NCBI RefSeq assembly: GCF_009914755.1
Contig: NC_060927.1
Direction: 5' to 3' (one strand)
From: the human T2T-CHM13v2.0 reference genome, Homo sapiens
Length of the DNA: 64,000 bases
In this document: positions 25,497-38,752 of the stretch, piece by piece
Layout of the letters: each line of letters begins with the position of its first letter
Position numbering within the stretch: position 1 is the first letter of the stretch
Notes under the pieces: model-generated
What the model saw: the letters and a program-made list of their open reading frames with translations, nothing else
Told to the model about the DNA's origin: nothing
The model's database searches: none
Position numbers and translations under genes: made by a program

Positions 25497-25800
25497 CGGG
25501 TGCGGTGGCTCACGCCTGTAATCCCAGCACTTTAGGAGGCCAAGGCAGGTGGTTCACTTGAGCCCAGGAGTTTGAGACCAGCTGGGGCAACATAGTAAGA
25601 TCCTGTCTCTACAAAAAAACAAAATTCTTTTTTTAATTAGCTGGGCATGAAGGTACGCACCTGTAGTCCTAGCTATGTGGGAGGATGGCTTGAGCCCAGA
25701 AATTTGAGGCTGCAGTGAGCTATGATAGCACGTCTGCACTCCAGCCTGGGTGACAGAGTGAGACCCTGTCTCCAAAAAGGAAGAAAGAAAAAAGAAACAG
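25497..25800 (+). mobile_element. AluJ element
   Basis: 'cgggtgcggtggctcacgcctgtaatcccagcac...gcttgagcccag...gagaccctgtctc' plus A-rich tail. Confidence 0.9.
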
Positions 25801-26194
25801 CTCCTGCTTTCCGAGAGTTTCCTGGTAATGAGTAGAGAGAGCTTGTCATAGGATCAAGAGTCTCTGTGTGTGTTATTCCCCACCCAACACCAAGAACAAA
25901 CGAGGCTGGTGAACATTTGTGGGAAAGTGAATAGATCTAGTCTACAGAGGACTGGGGAGCACCTAACACCACCCACTGGGGGCACAGGGGACACAAGAGT
26001 GACCAGACACAGCCCCTGCTCTCTTGCAACTGACGTCACGGGACGAGGGGATCCTCTCTGATTGTTTCTGCTGGCTAGCCACCTCCCAGCACTCATGACA
26101 GCACCTGGCACTGTGTGCTCCAAAAATGCTGGTTGACAGGAGGAAGGAAATAAGCCGGGGGCACAACAGAGAAACAAGGAGGCCTCTTTTGGTG

Positions 26195-26645
26195 GCTATT
26201 CTGGGTTATGGGTCTGGATTCTGGCCTTTAAGTCCTGAGCCAAGTTCTAGGTTCGGATATGGGGTTCTAGGTTCTGGGACCTAGATTCTAGGCCCAAGGC
26301 TGCATGTCCTTAATGCTGAGTTATGGGTTCTGAGCTCCAAGCTCTACGTTGTAGATTTGGGGTTCCACATTCAGGGCCCCAGATTCTGGGCTTTGTGTTC
26401 TGAGAACTCGATTCTGAGGTCTGGGCTCTGGGCCCCCGTCTTAGAGGTCTTTGTAAGTTCTGAGCTCTCAGCCCCAAGCTGCAGGTTCTGGGTTGAAGGG
26501 TCCATGCCCTGGGCTGTATGTTTTGGGCTCTGGTTCCTGAGTTCTGGGGCCTAGAGCTATGGTTCCTGGTTTGGGGATCTAGGCTGCAGGTTCTCGACTC
26601 TAAGCTCTGCAGTCCAGGGCTGGCTCTGGGTTCTGGACTTTGGGC
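26195..26645. repeat. Degenerate 7-bp tandem array (TTCTGGG/TTCTAGG)n
   Basis: ttctggg, ttctagg, ttctgag, ctctggg recurring at ~7-nt spacing. Confidence 0.75.
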
Positions 26646-27239
26646 CAAGCAAGTAGGATGGTTCACCAGAGGCCAAGCAGAGTTATTATTTATGCTTCAT
26701 GCCTGGAATGTAAGCTCCTTGAGGACAGATTCTTGTTTGTTTTATTCCCTGCTGTTGCCCCATGCCTACAGCAGTGCGTGGCATACAGGTGATGTTCAAC
26801 AGGCTGTGCACACGTAAACACCTGATCGCAGAAACACACAGTCCTGCCGTCACTATCCAGGGGCATAGGAGACAGAGCCAACCCTGCCCTCACTGTGGCA
26901 ACAGCTGGCAAGAGGAGAGGAGGCCTCCTGCTCTGGGGTTGTAGGGGGTGGAGGCCAGGGGGACCTAGGGCCACTATGCATCAGGTAGGAGGCACGTGCC
27001 TACCCTGCCAAGCCCCAGGCTGGCTCCTTTCTGTACTCAGTGTCAACTTCACAGGGAAGGACAAGAGGGGGTACCAGTGGCACACCAGGGCAGAGTCTGG
27101 AGGTCAGAGTCTATCCTGATGGGCTGGGGCAGCTGGGACAAGGTGCTGAACTTCCTGGTACTTTGGCCCACCCAGCTCTAAGCGAGAGACCTCCCAGTGT
27201 CAGCAGCCTGGTATTGGGAAGAGTTAAAGGAAAATCTCC

Positions 27240-28620
27240 TGGACCAGGTGGACATCAGGGCTGTCAAGGAACAAGGATGGTGGCAATCAGAAATACCCAG
27301 TCCTCAGGGCCCCTGGTGAATAAAGATCCTGGTGGTCAAAGATGATGACAACTAAGGTGAAGAGAAGCCATGGCTGACCAGGGACATACAATCAGAGTGA
27401 TTTTTAATTAGGGACGGTGAAGTCAGCCAGAGATGATGTCCATCAGACACAACCTGGTCAGGGAGGGGTGTGTTACATGCTGGCCATCAGGAGCCAGTGT
27501 TCAGGGGTCTTGGCAACCAGAATTATCATTGAACAAATATGTCATCAATCATTGATCAGGGGGCATGGGTGGCTTCGGCTGTGAATGACCGGGAGCATTA
27601 GTGGGGAAAGTATTGGGTGTCCATGTCCTTGGTGGCCAAAGGTATACGAGATATTAGTGACCAGATTCAATGACTGGAGACATGGGGTCCAGAGATCTTG
27701 GTGAAGAGAACCAAATGCAGACCATCAGGGATCAAGGGCACTAGTGAGCAGAGACATCAATGATTAGAGAATTTGGTGATCAGAGACATTGGTGACTGGG
27801 TATTCTGATGACCAGGGATATCAATGACCAGGGAGGTCAGTGATCAGAGGTATAAGGGACTTTGGAAAACGGGAACATTGGTCAGCAGAGACTTTGAAGA
27901 CGATTCAGCAATCACTGATGTTGGGCATCAGAGACATTGGTGATAAGAGATCTTGATGATCAGTGTTGAGCAATCAGGGGTATTGAGAACCAGAAACACC
28001 AGTGACTACATTGATAGGAAATATGATGGGGAGAGGATCCTATGATCAGGGACATTGGTCATCAGGCACATTGCTAGTTAGAAGTAATGGTGATCAGAAA
28101 CAACTGACCAAGGACATTGTTAAAGAAACACTGGTGATAAGAAACAGTGTGATCAGAGATGCTGGAGATTACATGTGAGTGATTGGTCTATCACCAGAAA
28201 AAACACTTATCAATTACATTGGTGGTCATACTTATTGATGCCCTAGAACATTAGTGACAAAGCGCATTGGCGATCAACACATTGGTGAGAAGAGATACTA
28301 TGATCAGGCATACTACTGGTGAGCAAAGATGGTCACTAGAGACATTCGTGATCACATTTTGTGGGTGTCAGTGATCAAACTCATGGTTAAGCAGAGGCAT
28401 GGATGAAATATTGGTGATCAGTTGTTAGTCATCAGGTGTCTCTGATGGCAGGCTCTCATGATCAGACATGTCATTGATCTGGAATATCAGTCATGGTGCC
28501 TATCATTGATGACCAACATCACTGATCAAAGATGACAGCAATCAATGACATCAGTGATCACAGACACTGCTGGTCAAGTTTGCCAATGAACAGGAATATT
28601 GATGACCAAATATCTCAGAA
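27240..28620. repeat. Highly diverged 16-bp tandem array, consensus CAGRGACATTGGTGAT
   Basis: In-register units at 27733, 27749, 27765, 27781, 27797, 27813, 27829; further runs from 27929 and 28047. Confidence 0.85.
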
Positions 28621-28985
28621 ACCAGAGCTGAGAGAAAGTTCAGCACCTGGAAGGAAGCAAATGGAGATGGGGTTTGCAGGAGCCTCGTTGAGCCCTCAGG
28701 GGTGGACCACAGGCTGGAGAAACCACGGCCTCCCTGCACCTCCCCAGTATCTTCCCATTCACTAGGACCCCTGGTGCAGTGACAGGAAATCCAGATGGGA
28801 GCAGTTCAGGGGAGGAGCCTCGGGACGTCAGTGGCAAAATCAGACCCAGGCCCAACAGAGGCCCCATCCTGGATTCCAGGGGCTTTCCCCTCGCAGCCAC
28901 CCCGGCGACAAAAGCAATGCAATCTGGCTGCCCAAATTCACACCCGGGACCCAGCACCCTGGGAGCCCACAAGACAGGCCAGGGG

Positions 28986-30579
28986 CATTCACAAAAAGTA
29001 TTTTATTATTCTTAACAGTACTCACTTTAAAGGAATAAGAGGATAGCATACATTTTTTACAGACAATATATAAATGTTGTACATAATTAACAATAACTTA
29101 GTTCACTAATCCAAAATAAAACAAGCCAAATAAAACATAAAAACAGAAAATACTGCCGATTCTTTTTCTTATGCGGACACTAGTACAAAATAAGTTACTT
29201 CTGGCCGTGGTGCTCCCTGCAGCGACTGCCCGCCCATATTGCACTTGGTCACTACATCAGCACAATCCTCCTCCTGGGCCAGGGGCCCCTCACAGGCCAC
29301 CACACCCCGCCGTCACCGCATACAGAATCTAAGCTCGGGACACGTTTATATACAGCTGTACCTTGGGAAGGATCCAGACAGCCACAGTAAAGCTGGACCT
29401 GAGACCCCAGCAGGGACACAGCCTCTCCCTGGGTCCTGGTCCTGACCTGCCCCCAACTCCTGCCTTCACCCCCTGCCAGGCCAGCAAATGCCAACCAGCC
29501 CCCAGAAACCAAGGGCAGCAAAGGCCCCTCCCCACCCCCAGCTTTCATACTAGGGCTGTGGGATCCCAGCTCTTTTCCAAAAAGAATTGCAAAGCTCCAA
29601 CCTTGTGTGTAGGTTTTATTCCTTTCATAGCAGGGCTCCTGTGGCTACGTACAATCAACTGGACCCAAAAAGAGTTTAAAAATAAAACAATTAACTCATC
29701 AGCGAGTTAAGCCTATGCATTTTTTTAATATTTTTTCTTTTGTCTCAGAGTAGGAGGCGAGGGGGTTGAAGGGTTAGCAGAAAAAGGATGTATTTACAGG
29801 GTCCACCTGACAAGACAGGCTGTGGCTTGCGCTCAGTAAGGGGACACAGTCACAGCAGCTTCGGCCTCAAAGCCAAGGGAGCGATCTGGGAGACGTTTCC
29901 CCTTTCAAGAAAATGTTGTTTCCTTCCTGTGACCCAGCCCTGGCCTGGGAATCTGTGCAGGACCGCCCGTGATTGTCTCTGCCCTCCAGGGCCTGGCCCG
30001 TCAAAGCAGGCACCAGCTCACCCTCCCTGGGCCGTGGCCACTCTGGCTTTGGCTCAGCCCAGCCTGGAGTTCGGCTATTTCAGAGAGGGAAGCCAGAGGA
30101 GAAGAGGGTGCAGGCTGAGGTCCCCACAAATCTGCCCCCAGAGCCCTGGCAAGTGGACCCGCCAATCCCGAGGAAGAACCGGAGGACTTGGGACAGCTCA
30201 GACCACCAAGTCTCCAAGTCCTTGTTAGAAACAAGAGCAAAATAAATTATTTTTGCCTAATCCTTTTTCCTTCTAAAAATGGTTGCCTTCGTCTGTCCCG
30301 TCCCCTCCTTTTCTCTACATAAAGTTGTCCTTGTTGTTCTCCAAACAACTGTCCATGCAGGAAACCCCACCTGGGCAGCGGTCAGGTGCGGAGGCAGCCT
30401 CTCAGCGGTGGGGAACATTCACAGTAACTGCTGGCAGGCTGCTGGGCGCCCTCCAGGAGAGGGGGTGCTGGGCCGAGCCGGGCTGGCAGGAGTGGTGTCG
30501 GCCTTCGGGAAATGCTGGGCTGCTAAGGGTTTGGTCCACCCATCCCGGGAGTGCCCGGTCCTCGACGTCCATCTGTTCC
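28986..30579 (-). other. GATA2: GATA2 3' UTR (last exon)
   Basis: Between the TAG (30580-30582) and AATAAA at 29002-29007; AU-rich distal part; cleavage site approximate. Confidence 0.85.
29002..29007 (-). terminator. GATA2: GATA2 polyadenylation signal AATAAA
   Basis: tttatt on plus strand at the end of the AU-rich UTR block. Confidence 0.85.
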
Positions 30580-30879
<300 letters not shown>

Positions 30880-31256
30880 CTAGAGGCAACCACCAGTTTT
30901 CAGAGGGCCAGTTCCTTCCTCCAGCAACATTCCTCCCACCCCGCCACAGCGTGGACCAGAGGCAGGTCAAGCTGAGGGTCCCAGGAAGCCAGGAATTGTG
31001 CCCGACCTTCATAGTCCCATCACCAGATGGCTACCATTCCAGGAAGGGCGGGTTCTGGCATATGGGGCTGACCCACACCCTCCCTGGCTCTGCCCACCGC
31101 ATGCCAGCACTGCCCAGCCAACTGAAGTCCTCCCCCCCACCCTGACCCTTTTTAAGCAGAGAAACCACTTCCCTAGTCCGAGACCCTGTCCTAGCCAGCT
31201 CCACCTCCTGAGCAGAGGCAAGGCACCCCTCTTACGGGAAGCCCTTCTGGCGCTCA

Positions 31257-31601
<345 letters not shown>

Positions 31602-31629
31602 TCAAGGAGGGCTAAATCTCACATGGGAA

Positions 31630-31835
31630 TCAAAGCATCTCAGAACCATGGAATTTTAGAATTTGAGAACGAAATAAGTCAAGACTCACAGAACTTTGGA
31701 ATAAAGAACTCTCAGAAGCCTGATGTTAGAATCAACGGGATTGCAAGAGCTACAGAGGAGAATTAGCTACCTCCCCCAACTACCCTGCGCTCTAACTCCA
31801 TAAATGGGGAAACTGAGGCCCTGAGAAGGGCTCTC
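31630..31835. mobile_element. MIR/L3-type SINE remnant with degenerate (CAGAAT)-type tail
   Basis: Repeated cagaac/agaat followed by MIR core 'ggggaaactgaggccctgagaaggg'. Confidence 0.55.
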
Positions 31836-31987
31836 TAGTAGCACAGGCATCCTGAGGCTGAGCCGGCTTGGTCCCCCTCGAGCCCCTGGATCTGGGGCCG
31901 ATTCTGTGTCTCCTCTAGCACGACTCCGCTCAAAATCCATAATCCTGGGTGAGTCAGTGTCGCTGAGGCCAGCGCAGGTTTACAGAG

Positions 31988-32185
31988 TGCAGAGCTGCAC
32001 CGTCCAACACTGTAGCAGCTGGCCACAGGCAGCCATTTAAATAAGATCTAACTACAAATTAACAAAATTAAAAACCCAGTTCCCTCAATTGCACGAGCCA
32101 CATTTCAAGTGATCAATATTCACATGTGGCCAGGGGCTACCACAGTGGGCAGTGCAGACACAGAACTTTTCCATCTCTCCAGCTG
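31988..32185. mobile_element. MER3/MER33-like hAT DNA transposon in GATA2 intron
   Basis: 'cagttccctcaattgcacgagccacatttcaagtgatcaata...cacatgtggc...gctaccacagtgggcagtgcaga'. Confidence 0.7.
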
Positions 32186-32834
32186 ATGTGAGTGCTGATC
32201 CCCCCCATCCAGCCCCCCATACCCCAACCCTTAGAGCTTTAACCACCCCGCAGCCCCTCTGAGTCCTAGTCCCTCAGGAAATGCCTGGCAGAGGTAGGGT
32301 CTGGAAATGAGCGCCTGGTCCTTGCAGAGAGAAGCTAGAGGGAGGCTTTACCCAAGAAAACAGATCCCCTCTCCCGGTTCCACCAACGCCAGCCCCACAG
32401 TGACAGAGGGGGTCCCCCAACACTTCCCAGAGAACTGCAGGCGGGAGTGCACCAGGTGGTGAGTGTGGGGGGCTGGGGGCTGAGGCCTGCAGAGCCTGGA
32501 ACAGCCCCAGGCCCAAGCCTGGTCACAGAAGGGACAGAGGGACTGCAGCCGCGGGGGCAGGGAGGGGTGAGTAAGCAGCCTGAAGCTGGAATTCTGACTC
32601 AGGGGCCAACGCCGCGTCCTCCACCTCTACCCCCACCCGGGCCTCACCCCGCCCTCGCTCCAGGGGAAAAAAAGGCCCCCAAAGCAGGGAACGATTTAAG
32701 CCTCATAAATCACTTCGCCCTGAAAAAATATATTTATTATTCTTAGCATTTTACGCATTATTTGCAGAGTGGAGGGTATTAGAAATTTCAAAACAGCCCA
32801 GCGAGAGGCAGGACTGAGCTGAGGAGACTCTAAA

Positions 32835-32915
32835 AACTCGCAGAGTCCGGAAACAGATACACGAAGTTTCCTTATCTTCAGGCTGCAGATGTCCGGATAG
32901 GAAACTCCGGCAGGA
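32835..32915 (-). promoter_or_regulatory. GATA2: GATA2 intron-4 '+9.5' haematopoietic/endothelial enhancer core
   Basis: Minus-strand CATCTG (32886-32891), 8-nt spacer, AGATAA (32872-32877); ETS CCGGAA at 32847-32852 whose base 32849 equals c.1017+572. Confidence 0.95.
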
Positions 32916-33126
32916 GATCCGAAAGGGCATTTTTTTAAAATCACTCAAATGAAAATACACAGTATAGGTGACTCCATGGAAAAATAATAAAGGGCAGGTT
33001 TTTTTAGTGGCCGGTGTGAGTTTGTGTTTTATTTAAATAAGCACGAGGAGCTTGTGAGCGGGGCTGTCGGGGAGGGCTGAGCCACAAGGAAAAGTACTTC
33101 ATGGCCCTATTTTTAAAAAAGAGCTA

Positions 33127-33600
<474 letters not shown>

Positions 33601-35222
33601 TTAACCGGCAAGTTCTCGGGAGGGAGTCCAGGGCAGGAAAGCAGCCAGCCGAGCAGTGCCGGTGCCTCTCAGGCACACGGTTGGCCTGGGCCTGGCTGCA
33701 ACAGCCTGGGCAGGAAGAGGGACGAGAGGGTCTCCCACATGGGAGGGGGCACAGGTCCAGAGTCGTTTAAAGCCAAATCCCCTGCTTCCAATCCTCACCA
33801 GGAGGGATGGAAACGAAGGAGGAGGGGAGGAGGGGCCCAGGGCCCCAGGCGTTCTGGAGCAACCAGGAGGGTATTTACTGCAAACTTTGCCGAGGGTAGG
33901 GTGGTGGCAGGAGTCACCCAGCTCAACCTGGCTGGGCCCAGGAGGCTCTCTCCTTCCCGCTCTGGCGCGTCTCTCCCCCTCTCCTCTTTTGTCCCTCTCC
34001 TTTCTACCCAACTGTGTCTGCCCCACCCCGTCTTTCTGCTCTAAGTCCAGAAGCATTTCCCTCTTTCTCCCCAACTTTTCTCCTCTTCCACCAAAGCTCT
34101 AGAATTTTTCTGAGTCCTGGAAATAATGGATCGAAGTTGTTGTTCTTTAAAATAAAATAAATAATAAGCTCTTTCTTTTTTAGATAAGTGGCCTGGGTTT
34201 TTTTTGTTTGTATTTTTTTTTTCAATTAAAAGACCATCTGGAATTCAAATAAAATGCAAAACAAACAGGAGAAAGGACCAAGAAAAGGCAAGCTGACGGG
34301 TCTGAGCAGAACTAGGACCCTGAGCCGGGGCTCAGCGGGTGCTGGGGCCAGCGGGGGCTGGGGCTGGGGACCAAGTTGAGCAGGATCACTGGCTGGCATC
34401 GTGTTCCCCAGGAAGTTGTTCTTGATTTAGTTTAAACTAAATGAGGAGTACAGACTGGCAAGAGAAGGTGGTTCCTGCACTCAGGAGTAACTGTTTTAAA
34501 AACCTTCCCCCTCTGTGGCTCAAAGGGATTCGGGAAAGAGACATGGACAGCAAGAACTCCACACTAGCCACGAGTTTCTGGGTTTATGCTCTGTGGCCAG
34601 ATTCTTGGACAAACCCAGTTTGGCCCCAGCCAGCTGCGGGAAAAGGGGCGGGGGCACTGCAGCTTCATCCCCTCACTCCAGCCCTCAGGGAGGGAGAGGG
34701 AAGGGCCTGGCGAGGGCAGGGAGCAGGAGCAGGTCCTGGGAATTTTGCTCTGGGGAAAATCTCCCGAGGAGATCAGGGAGCCATCGAAATCCCAAGATCA
34801 GACTGATTGAGTTAGAGACCCAGATTCCTTAATGGTCTGGAACCTCCGGAGTGCCTGAAACATGCACACACAACATGCACACAGACACACGTATACACAT
34901 GCACACACGCTCCCAAACACATGCACATACAGAGTCACTTCCCTCGCTTCACATACTAAGTCCTGAGGTGGCTTGAATTTTCACTTAAGATTCAGGGAGG
35001 GAAAGGGGGAATTCCTGTTCTATGTTCTGGTCAGGCAGTGACCAACCCTGGGGCAAGGAACTGAACTTTGGGGGTACACTGGAAGCACTTAAGAAAATGG
35101 CAAAAGTTTTAGAGTCTCCTCTCCCTGACCCGGGGGTCTCAAACATCTGCTGGGGGCTATTAGAGCGAGACATCACCCATCCCCAGATCTGGGAAACCAA
35201 CACTGCCACCTCTCCCAAGTCA

Positions 35223-35951
<729 letters not shown>

Positions 35952-36274
35952 TCAGGGTGGGCAGAAAGATCAGGGTAGGCAGAGCTAGGGACGCCCCTGA
36001 CAGACATTGAGATCACGACTCCCAGAACCAGCAGTCATCCCCTCCCCAAAGAAAGCCAGAAACATAATACCCCACCGGTAATAATCAGGAATGTCAGTCC
36101 AAGCTGAAGGACAAGTGGCATAGAAGGAACCCCACCGGACAGACCCTACAGGGAACCCTCACAGGCCAGCTGGAAGTGGGCAGAAACCCTGTGGGTCCCA
36201 GACCCTCCCCAATCGGCCGCTGCTCCCACCTCTCCCGCCCCAATTTTTCAGCAGCTCGATTCCTGCGGATCCTA

Positions 36275-36826
<552 letters not shown>

Positions 36827-37271
36827 TCACGTGGTGACCCGCGGCTCCAGAATCACACACCCGTGCACATGGGGTCACGCCCGGGGACGGGTCCCGACAC
36901 CAGTGACCCCAACAAACGCACAGAGCAGCACTTCAGTCAGACACTCACACTGAGCCCCCCCGCCCGGTAGACAAACACATGAACACAGACTCAAAAGTTG
37001 GAGACAGGCGCCCGGGCACCCAGTGTGGCACTTGATCCCAGCGACACGCACACACCCACACTTGGCGCCAGATACACATACTGATCTCAACCCCGAAAAC
37101 ATGCACACGCAGCCCCCTGAGCGCAGTACTAAGCGGCACAATCAGGACCTCTCAACAAAGCACACCAAAGCAGTCGCCCGCAGCCTGGCCCCCCGCCCTA
37201 AGTCCCCCCAGAGTCCCCTCAAAGCTAGGAGCGCCCCAGGCCCCCAGCCGGCTCTCAAACCCCAAACTTAC

Positions 37272-37482
37272 ACACGCAGCCGTGGGGAGGGGAGGGACTC
37301 GGCCTCTGAGAGTGAAGGAGTTCCGGCGGGAGCCCCGAGGGCGACGGGCCCAGGGACAGCACGTCCGGAGGCTGGCGGGGCTTACAGGGTAGGAGCTGGG
37401 GGTAGAGTGCGCCTCGGCCTCGGGCCCTCCCGGCTCCGGCCCCTCGGCATCCTCCGGCCGCCCTGGCGCCAGCTGCCGACTC
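37272..37482 (-). other. GATA2: GATA2 proximal non-coding leader exon (1G-type)
   Basis: Donor gtaagt at 37266-37271; optional acceptor cag ending 37483; CCAAT boxes at 37533-37537 and 37570-37574 upstream; matches recalled mRNA variant. Confidence 0.75.
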
Positions 37483-37912
37483 CTGCACAGACATGAAGCG
37501 GGGGCCGCGCACGCCTAAGAAGCCCAAGCCAGCCAATCAACGCCGCGCGCCTCCCAGCCTCCGCCTCCCATTGGCTGCGTCCGCAATTCCCGAACCGCTG
37601 GACTCCGGGACTGACCCGCGGGCCGGCCCCCCTCAGCCGGCGGGCCCCCTCCCTGCGCGCTCCTGGCGGCCCCTGCTGCCAACGCGCCCCACCACTAAGG
37701 GACCCTCACCCCAAGGCCCGACCCCTGCAGCCCCTCTTGCGAACACTCCGGGATCCCTCGATGCTCTGGGCCTCCCTAGCAGTAACTAACCACCAACTGC
37801 CCCCTCCCCAGGAGCCCGGGCCGCACACCCTCTGGATGGCCTCTCCCCGAGACCCTAACCCCGCCACGCTCCTTCACCGCTGAACGTGGTCAGTCCGAGC
37901 GCAGTTACCTAC

Positions 37913-38090
37913 CCAGACCGTTCCCTCCCCTAGCTCGGGCGCTGTCTGGGTGGACTGGGGGTTGGGATGGTTCGGACGACAGCGGCGGAACAGCAGGAGC
38001 CGAGAGGGGCAGAGAGGGGCAGGAACTACAGGGCTCTAGAGGGCACCTGGGCCTCGGACACGCGGCCGCTCAGGGCTGTGCTTGACCCAG
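37913..38090 (-). other. GATA2: GATA2 additional upstream leader exon splicing to the 37482 acceptor
   Basis: Donor gtaggt at 37907-37912; recalled transcript variant; 5' end approximate. Confidence 0.55.
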
Positions 38091-38744
38091 TGGAGGTGGC
38101 CCGGCCGGTGGCTCCAGAAAGGGGGAGGGGGCACCCCTCCCCGGGCGTGGCCTTCGCAGGCCAACGGGCCCAATTGCCTGGGGCGAGGCCGTGGAGACCC
38201 GGACTGGCGCCGGCGCCAGCTGGAGGGAGACGCCCCCGGGCAAGAGGTGGCATTTTTTTTCCTCCGGGGGGGGTCCCCGAGGTGGCCTCTGGTGAGGGGG
38301 AGGCGGTGGTCTGAGGTCTCCGTCTTCTAAGTCACCTGGAAGTGCTCCCCACTCACTTCTAGCCCGGAGATCGGCTCTATGGTTCGTGTGGGCCGGGCGC
38401 ACAAGTCTTCCTCCCTCCCATTGTACAGACTGGGGAGACGGAGGCTCGAAGGGAGCCCCGGGCCGAGGAGGGAGGTCCAGGACAAAGGCATTTTGGGGGA
38501 CCTAGACAGGTGCCGAGTACTGGGGGGACTCAACAGCGTCCTCCAGCCCTCTTCCCTGTTGGGCCCGAGGCTCCCGGGGTAGATGTCCAGAGGGCCCCCA
38601 GGTGGGTCGGGGGCAGGAGGAGGGCTGGGGTCCCGGCCACCCCCGGGAGAGTGGGGGAGGGGCGGCGGGATTGACAGTCGGTAATTGGGTAACTGGAGGC
38701 GGCTTCTCCGGCCGGGCGGCCCCGCCACCGCGACGCCGAGCCCC

Positions 38745-38752
38745 TGACGTCA
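38745..38752. promoter_or_regulatory. Perfect CRE palindrome TGACGTCA near the GATA2-AS1 start
   Basis: Direct motif match with adjacent GC box and AT-rich ttttaataat. Confidence 0.55.

Noticed and set aside
26031-26038. Isolated perfect CRE TGACGTCA
   Set aside because: Single 8-mer next to repeat-derived DNA without promoter context
27240-28620. CRISPR-like interpretation of the 16-bp array
   Set aside because: Units are head-to-tail and diverged with no unique spacers, no cas genes, and the context is mammalian
31630-31760. Apparent novel (CAGAAT)-like array in GATA2 intron 4
   Set aside because: Adjacent to a MIR core; fits the decayed short-repeat tail of MIR/L3-type elements
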